From Octopus vulgaris (lineage: Eukaryota): a DNA stretch of 64,000 nucleotides. Below, in pieces: positions 57,171-64,000 of this stretch. The translations under genes and the position numbers were made by a program. The stretch lies in NCBI GenBank assembly GCA_951406725.2, contig OX597834.1, positions 24,614,001 to 24,678,000 on the forward strand, read 5' to 3'. Positions within the stretch are counted from its first letter, which is position 1. Each line of letters starts with the position of its first letter. The notes below the pieces were generated by a model. The model was not told the origin of the DNA, did not search any database, and worked only from the letters and a program-made list of their open reading frames with translations.

Positions 57171-58124
57171 TCACATGTATATATGTATGTGTATATGTGC
57201 GTGTATGTATGTATGTATATATACTTACACACGCACATACATACATATTATGAGTGTATGTGTGAGTGTGTGTATGGTGAGTTGTAGAGGAAAAATATTT
57301 CCTGTAAACTTACAAACGCCAAAACAAATATTGCTCTTTTTTTTCGTCTTATATTTATTCCAGTTCCAGTCGTGTTGACTCGGTATTCGACCATTTTCAG
57401 GAACTTGCTTTAGAGGAAAGAGGCTGCTGGTTGTATTGGTAAGTGATGGTGGTGTGAAATTTAATTGGAAAAACCCGATAATACATCACCGCCGGTTCTT
57501 GTTTTGTCAAAATTCTCAGAGGGATTTAGAGAACCGAAGTCAAAAGTCAAAGCCAGGAATATAGAAATTTTAATAAAAAAGCATTAAAAAAAAGACGACG
57601 CATAACGAACAAAATCTATAATGCATTTAAAATTACAAACAGCCAACATAAACAGACATTGTGCGACATCTAGCCACCATGTTTCATAGAATCAGAAAAG
57701 GGAAAAGAGAACGACAATGAAATAAAAATAAAATGAAAATAAAATAAAACAGAATTAAAACTAAATTCTGAATGGGTTAAGTTAGTGCAGCTAACTTAAC
57801 CTATTTTTTTATGTTATTTATGAATATTGTATTAACGTTAAATTAATTTATTCACTGAAAGGGAAGATAATTCGTATGTTGTGGTTTTTAGAAGGAGGAG
57901 AACTTTTGCTCGCTTGTGCAACAACTACTCCTTTTAATACAGCCTCTGCTGGTGTTGATCCTACTGCTTCTGCTGTTGATGGTGATGTTTCGAACGCCGT
58001 ACGTGAAAAAAAGGTTTCCAAGTATTGGCACCAACAGTTCCTGTTCAAAGACTCGTCCACGTTTTTGCTCTCTTTTCTTTTTTCTCTCTCTATCTCTTCT
58101 CTCTCTCTCTCCCCACGAAAGTTT

Positions 58125-58135
58125 TCTTCTTCATT

Positions 58136-58195
<60 letters not shown>

Positions 58196-58234
58196 TTCTT
58201 CTTCTTCTTCTTCTTCTTCTTCTTCTTCTTCTTC

Positions 58235-58276
<42 letters not shown>

Positions 58277-58383
58277 TTCATCATCATCATCATCTTCTTC
58301 ATCATCATCTTCTTCTTCACCACCACCACCATACCATCATCATTATCTTCTTCTTCATAATCATCATCATTTTCTTCACCAAC

Positions 58384-58467
<84 letters not shown>

Positions 58468-58545
58468 TTCTTCTTCTTCTTCTTCTTCTTCTTCTTCTTC
58501 TTTTCTTCTTCTTCTTCTTCTTCTTCTTCTTCTTCTTCTTCTTCT
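58125..58545. repeat. Compound (TCA)n/(TCT)n/(CCA)n microsatellite
   Basis: Direct reading. Confidence 0.97.
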
Positions 58546-58759
58546 TGGCATTCTTTGTACATTCTCATTCAATGGCTGCCCTCAATTCACCGACTGTTTC
58601 CAATTATGTACTGTAAATTCTATCTTTTAAGTATTTCCCAAAAATCTGGTAGAGAGAGTTTCAGCGAACGTGGAAGCTGTTCAGTTAAACCTCTTCATCC
58701 AATCCACCCGTTCTTGCAAAGTCTCATCAAGGTAGGCGCCTACATTTCTATGGCAGTAT

Positions 58760-59415
58760 GAGAATGCCCCATCTTGCTGGAAGTAAAACTCCACATCTTC
58801 AAAGACCTCTTGAGTGTTTGATATAACAGAAGATCACAGCAAATTCAAGTAAACGGGGCTCAATCAGATTATCGTAAAAAAAAAAAAGAATGGTACAGTT
58901 AATCCTTTTGCTAATATTCCGCTTCATGATGTAACATCTAGTAAATTAGCTTTATGTTTCTCCGTTATAAGCATATTCTCAGGTCCCCGGAAGGTGCAAC
59001 TGTGGCAGTTAATTGAGCCTAACGTACTCCAAACAAACTTCGTTGGCGCATCTTCTACACAACTCGCCCGCTGTAAAGATTTTCTTGAACTCTAGCAATA
59101 ACTTTTTTTTGTTTTGTGGGGATCGTTGATGTCCGCAATCTTCAGGAAAGTTTCTTGCAGACATTCTGAACAGTGCCATCAACTTTATAAACTTATCTGC
59201 AATTCGAGAGATGGTAAGTCGCGTAGGTGAATCTGCTTGAAATCCAATCCTAAGTTGTGTATGCACTTCGATTGCGTTTACAAACTTCCCTGAGCACTTT
59301 AGCTTACATTTCCTTTGTTTAAAGCTTAGTCTGACACTTGCATTATTTCTGAAGGATCAAATCTAAAAGAAAAGAAAGGTGAGTTATCAGATTTCGGGTC
59401 GGGGACATCCTCTGT
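58760..59415 (-). mobile_element. Tc1/mariner (rosa/DD41D-like) transposon 5' remnant
   Basis: Minus: NAIEVHTQLRIGFQADSPTRLTISRIADKF then DGTVQNV..RTST, the N-terminal HTH typical of this group; heavily decayed. Confidence 0.6.
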
Positions 59416-59436
59416 CAGTATATATTTATATATATA

Positions 59437-59506
59437 GAGGGGTTGGACAAAATAATGGAAACACCTTAGAATTTCAAAGGTGTTTCCATTATTTTGTCCG
59501 ACCCCT

Positions 59507-59507
<1 letters not shown>
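59437..59507. mobile_element. 71-bp TIR-only Tc1/mariner-type mini-element (hairpin), TA-flanked
   Basis: AGGGGTTGGACAAAATAATGGAAACACCTT agaatttca AAGGTGTTTCCATTATTTTGTCCGACCCCT: 29/30 inverted match, TA on both sides. Confidence 0.85.
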
Positions 59508-59591
<84 letters not shown>

Positions 59592-59818
59592 ATGTATGTC
59601 TATATATATATATATATATATATGTATATACATAGACACGCACACTCACAGATGGGCTTCTTTCCGTTTCTATCTACCAAATCCACTCTCAACGCTTTGG
59701 TCAGCCCGAGACTATAGTAGAAGATACTTGACCAAAGTGTCATACAATAGGACTGAACTCGGAACCATGGGGTTAGGAAGCAAGTTTCTTATCACACGGC
59801 CACGCATACACACACACG

Positions 59819-59864
<46 letters not shown>

Positions 59865-60325
59865 GTATCTGTAAATATATATACATGTATGCTCGCTTCT
59901 TCCCGTTAAACTCAGCATCCTTTTTTTCTATTTATCGCTCACCCTCTCTCACCTTCCCTCATTCAACACCCCCCTCTCTCTCTCTCACTTAATCTCTCAC
60001 CATATATCTATCACTCCGAAGTCATTTCCCTCACTGCATCCGACCTCCCTCCTCCTCCTCCTCCTCTTACCAACCTCCTCCTCCCAACCTGTCCCTTCAA
60101 TCACCGCCCCTCCTCTCCTCCTATACTCCGTTTGCTCCCCCCTCAAAATGTCTGCAATATTTTGATTAAAAGCGAAACTTGATGGACCGAATCAAATCTG
60201 CTGAGATATCGACAGGGCCGACTGCTACTACTACCACTACAACAACAACTACAACTACTACTACTACCACTACAACTACAACTACAACTACTACCACTAC
60301 AACTACTACTACTACTACCACTACA

Positions 60326-60382
<57 letters not shown>

Positions 60383-60802
60383 GTTGATGACGATGTTGTT
60401 GCTACTACTACTACTGCAGTTAAGTAACATCTACAACTACAACTGCAACAACAAGGAAGTATGAAGGAAAACAGAGAGAGAGAGCAATAGAGAGAGAGGG
60501 GAATAGAAGGAGAGAGAGGTGGGAGAGGAGAGAATGAGAGAAATAGATGGAAGCGAGGGGAAAGGAAAAGATGATGTGATTGGTGATGTTCTGTACTGAG
60601 TCACCGTTTAAGAAGAAATGTTGAGACAGCGAGGTTAGGGATGGTATATCAAGATCGACAACCATTCAACTACGGGAAAAAAAAACCCAAAAAAACGTCA
60701 CGGTAAGTTGTCCCGGGATTGAACCTGTAATGGCTTTAACAACTTCCTCGATATTTATTTGTTTTCTTTCATGTATATAAAGAAATATTTATGCATATCT
60801 GT

Positions 60803-61093
60803 ATATAGAGAGGTAGTATTTAACCCCACTTGAACGCGGATGTTGTGATAGAACAAACTTCACTGCAGTAGATACCATTAGGGAAACTGCCATAGAGTCG
60901 TTTAGTGCAAACTGCACGCCTATTTCTGTTGGTGCTGGAGTTGATGGGAATTTATCTCCTACGCTACCGATATAAACAAGTGGGCATTTTGCACCAAAAG
61001 CCTATGATAGTTTCTCTAATGGTAGGTACTGCAGTAAAGTTTGCACAAACTGAACGTCCACGTTTAAGAAGGATTAACTATTACCTATCTGTA
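60803..61093. repeat. ~290-bp fold-back (MITE-like) element
   Basis: CAAACTTCACTGCAGTAGATACCATTAGGGAAACTGCCATAG pairs with CTATGATAGTTTCTCTAATGGTAGGTACTGCAGTAAAGTTTG; pairing continues inward to ~60950 and outward to AGGTAGTATTTAA / TTAACTATTACCT. Confidence 0.82.
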
Positions 61094-61101
61094 TTAATAC
61101 T

Positions 61102-61332
61102 CATTTCTTTACTACCCACAAGGGGCTAAACACAGAGGGGACAAGCAAGGACAGACAAACGGATTAAGTCGATTATATCGACCCCAATGCGTAACTGGTA
61201 CTTAATTTATCGACCCCGAAAGGATGAAAGGCAAAGTCGACCTCGGCGGAATTTGAACTCACAACGTAACGGCAGACGAAATACTGCTAAGCATTTCGCC
61301 CGGCGTGCTAACGATTCTGCCAGCTCGCCGCC
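61102..61332 (-). mobile_element. SINE family A, full length, 16-18-bp TSD
   Basis: CCTATCTGTATTAATACT at 61084-61101 and 61331-61348; another partial copy at ~61400-61530. Confidence 0.94.
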
Positions 61333-61564
61333 TATCTGTATTAATACTGCCTCTGTCACACACATATATATGGTTGGTTATCGGATTTTCACGATCTGTT
61401 ACAGGGCTCAAGGCTAGTATTTTTGGAGGTTAAGAGACAAGCCGATTGCATCGACCCCAGTACTCGACTGGTACTTGTTTTATCGACTCCAAATGAACGA
61501 CTACCAAAGCTGACCTCGGCGAAATTTGAACTATGTATAATAGATCATGCGATCTTCTATCCTT

Positions 61565-61703
61565 ATTCTTACAACCTTTCTGTTCTGGTAGTAAATTCTG
61601 GTTGTCAAGGTGCTCGTAAATGCTTTCTGAAAGCATTCTTTTTAACAGCTTTACACTAATGTTAAGCAAGTAATTGGTCTATAATTGCTAGCTGTACTAT
61701 CCT
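61565..61703 (-). mobile_element. R4/Dong-like RT fragment
   Basis: Minus: DSTASNYRPITCLTLV / KLLKRMLSESIYEHLDNQNLLPEQKGCK (RT domains 1-2). Confidence 0.85.
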
Positions 61704-62382
61704 TGATAAATGCGGTAAAGAAATAAGTGGAATACTTACCTATACACATGGAAGAAGCGAACACTAAGTCATGAGCACAACTAAGTACCCCAAATACGTG
61801 CTTATAGTGATAAATTACATGGTTATAGACGTTGTGTCCATTTTCGGCATATTTTGGCATTAGAATTTTTTTCTTTTGCACTTACTTATAAATTGTTTAT
61901 AAATTTAACCTTTAAAGGTATTTTTTAATATGCTGGCCATTGATAGAATTTTTTTCGAAAATTTTTTTCCTTAATTAGATGTTAATTTAATAGTGTTCAC
62001 TTCCGGACTCTCGCACTTTACGAGAGTTTTTCGGTTCGAATCGCACGTGTCTCGAGGTGTGCTAGAGAGTTTCTATTTTGGATACATTTGGGTTACTTAG
62101 TTGTGCTCATGACTTAGTGTTCGCTTCTTCCATGAGTATAGGTAAGTATTCCACTTATTTCTTTACCGCATTTATCACTGATGAAGGGAAGGTTCTTATG
62201 AACTAACTCTGAAATCGGGTCCGATATGGTAATAACAGGATTTTTTAAAGAAATTTCTGTTAGCCTTCTTCGAAATACGTGCTTGTAGTGATAAATTACA
62301 TGGTTATTGACGTTGTGTCCATTTTCGGCAAATTTTGGCATTAGAATTTTTTTCTTTTGCCCTTACTTATAAATTATTTATA
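61704..62382 (+). mobile_element. ORF-less hammerhead-containing retroelement (retrozyme / non-autonomous Penelope-type)
   Basis: Direct repeats 61792-61901 and 62273-62382 (period 481 nt); 61704-61795 is the reverse complement of 62086-62177; HHR at 62172-62232; ends in (TA)n. Confidence 0.8.
62172..62232 (+). ncRNA. Type I hammerhead ribozyme, all core nucleotides intact
   Basis: TTATCA-CTGATGA-AGGG aa GGTTC ttat GAACT aa CTCT-GAAA-TCG ggtc CGA-TA-TGGTAA. 6-bp stem I, extended stem II, 4-5-bp stem III, predicted cleavage after AUA at 62226. Confidence 0.87.
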
Positions 62383-62388
62383 TATATA

Positions 62389-62474
<86 letters not shown>

Positions 62475-63314
62475 TGTGTGTGTGTGTGTGTGTAGATAAA
62501 TATGTAGATGGATTGATGGAAAGAAAGAGAGAAAGGGTGAGATAGGGAAAGAGATGAAGAGTGAGAGAAAAGAAATTGAACGATTGATGCATCCAGACGC
62601 ACAAAGATATAAGATCGATAGACAGACAGACAGAGAGCCATTTCTGTATTCTAGAATTATAAAGTGAGTTGTGGTTTGTCATGGAATTTCAAGGAAAATC
62701 ATGGCTGCTTCACATTTCTATACTCGTCTACCACTAGCACCCGGGGACTTAATCCCCAAGGATTGAATTCAGATTTTGATGTGTGTGTGTGTGTTTCTGT
62801 GTGTGAATGGAATACCCTAAGGGCTCCGTTGATGTTCGACAGTCCTGCAGGATTTTGGTCGTCGTGAAGCCAGGCGGAATAGAGCAGTGGCGGTGGTGGT
62901 GGAGGTGATGATAATGGTGGTGGTGATGGTGGTGGTGATGGTGATGGTGATGTCGACGGTGGTGATGGCGATGTTGCTGGTGGTGGTGGTGGTGGTGGTG
63001 GTAGGGAATCAGTGATGTAAACCGACACTTGTTAATGAAGGAGACAAACGTTAATGGGTAAGAATGTAAAAATGATTTGAGTGAAGGATTAAGAATGTTG
63101 ATGATGGATGAGGATTGATTGGGGAATTAGGGGCACTTAGGGAAGAGGGAGGTGGGGAGGGAGAGGGAGAGAGGGAGAGAGAAAGAAGCAAAGGAAGAAA
63201 CAAAGACATAGATGTAACCAGAAAGAGAGTGAGAGAGAGAGAGATATAAAAAGAAAATTAGATGCAGAGAGAGAGTGAGAAAGAGAGAGACAAAGCGAGA
63301 GAAAGAGATATGCT

Positions 63315-63662
63315 TTCAGTCTTTTACATGTTTCAGTCATTTGACTGCGGCCATGCTGGGGCACCGCTTTTTAGTCGAACAAATCGACCCCTGGACTTAT
63401 TCCTTGTAAGCCTAGTACTTATCCTTCGGTCTCTTTTGACAAAACGCTAAGTTACGGGGACGTAAACACACCAACAGCGGTTGTCAAGCGATGGTGGGCG
63501 GGACAAACACAAACACACATATATGACGGGCTTCTTTTTAGTTTCCGTCTACCAAATCCACTCTCAATGCTTTGGTCGACACTTGCCAATGTGCCATGCA
63601 GCAGGGCTGAACCCAGAACCATATGGTTGGTAAGCATGCTACTTACCACACAGCCACTCCTA
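63315..63662 (-). mobile_element. SINE family B
   Basis: Homology to 10075-10497; another partial copy at ~59640-59800. Confidence 0.88.
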
Positions 63663-63788
63663 ATAGAGAAAAATGAATAGATAGATAGATAAATAGAAAG
63701 AGAGAGAGAGAGAGAGAGCAGCAGCGTGGGACAGACAGACATCGATGGAGGGTATAGAAAAAAGAAAATGGAGTTTTGTCAAAGAGAT

Positions 63789-63887
<99 letters not shown>

Positions 63888-64000
63888 CAGAGATGAACGT
63901 GTATTTTGGGCGGTAAAGCAAGACTGAAACGTTGACAGCTCAACTTTAGGCTAAATCTGCAACATATTTCACTAAATAATAGAAATAAGTGTTGCTTAAT

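Noticed and set aside
57771-57805. 15-bp arm hairpin AATGGGTTAAGTTAG/CTAACTTAACCTATT followed by a T run
   Set aside because: Resembles an intrinsic terminator, which is meaningless in this eukaryotic context; no associated element recognised.
57876-58070. Non-repetitive start of the 246-aa and 281-aa ORFs
   Set aside because: ORF length comes from the downstream trinucleotide tract; the donor site is weak and no homology is recognised.
60560-60710. Strong donor-like ACG|GTAAGT at 60702/60703
   Set aside because: No convincing acceptor or open frame upstream.
62699-63028. Proline-rich 109-aa minus-strand ORF
   Set aside because: Driven by (GGT/GAT)n and (GT)n repeats; no supporting signals.

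Overview
Eukaryotic (animal), AT-rich, extremely repeat-dense non-coding DNA. The SINE families, the (TA)n/(CA)n/(TAA)n/(TACA)n microsatellite load and the transposon mix strongly resemble an octopus (coleoid cephalopod) genome; this is an inference from recognition, not a database result. No intact protein-coding gene is evident, and almost all listed ORFs are microsatellite artefacts. The window is a patchwork of decayed elements: R4/Dong-like RLE non-LTR retrotransposons, Tx1/L1-like and RTE-like LINE ends, a Penelope RT fragment, Tc1/mariner remnants (DD37D maT, mariner, DD41D rosa-like), a non-autonomous Helitron, a Merlin-like N-terminus, more than 25 tRNA-derived SINE copies and several fold-back elements. 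The most notable signal is RNA-level. I can fold about ten type I hammerhead-ribozyme (HHR) or HHR-like motifs on both strands by eye. The best are 62172-62232 (+), 23085-23131 (+) and 42143-42187 (-). The 62172 ribozyme lies in a compact ORF-less element (61704-62382) with a 481-nt period, 110-bp direct repeats and a 92-bp 5' inversion, i.e. a retrozyme/non-autonomous Penelope-type architecture. A few weak candidate host exons are noted. Coordinates of degraded elements are approximate.
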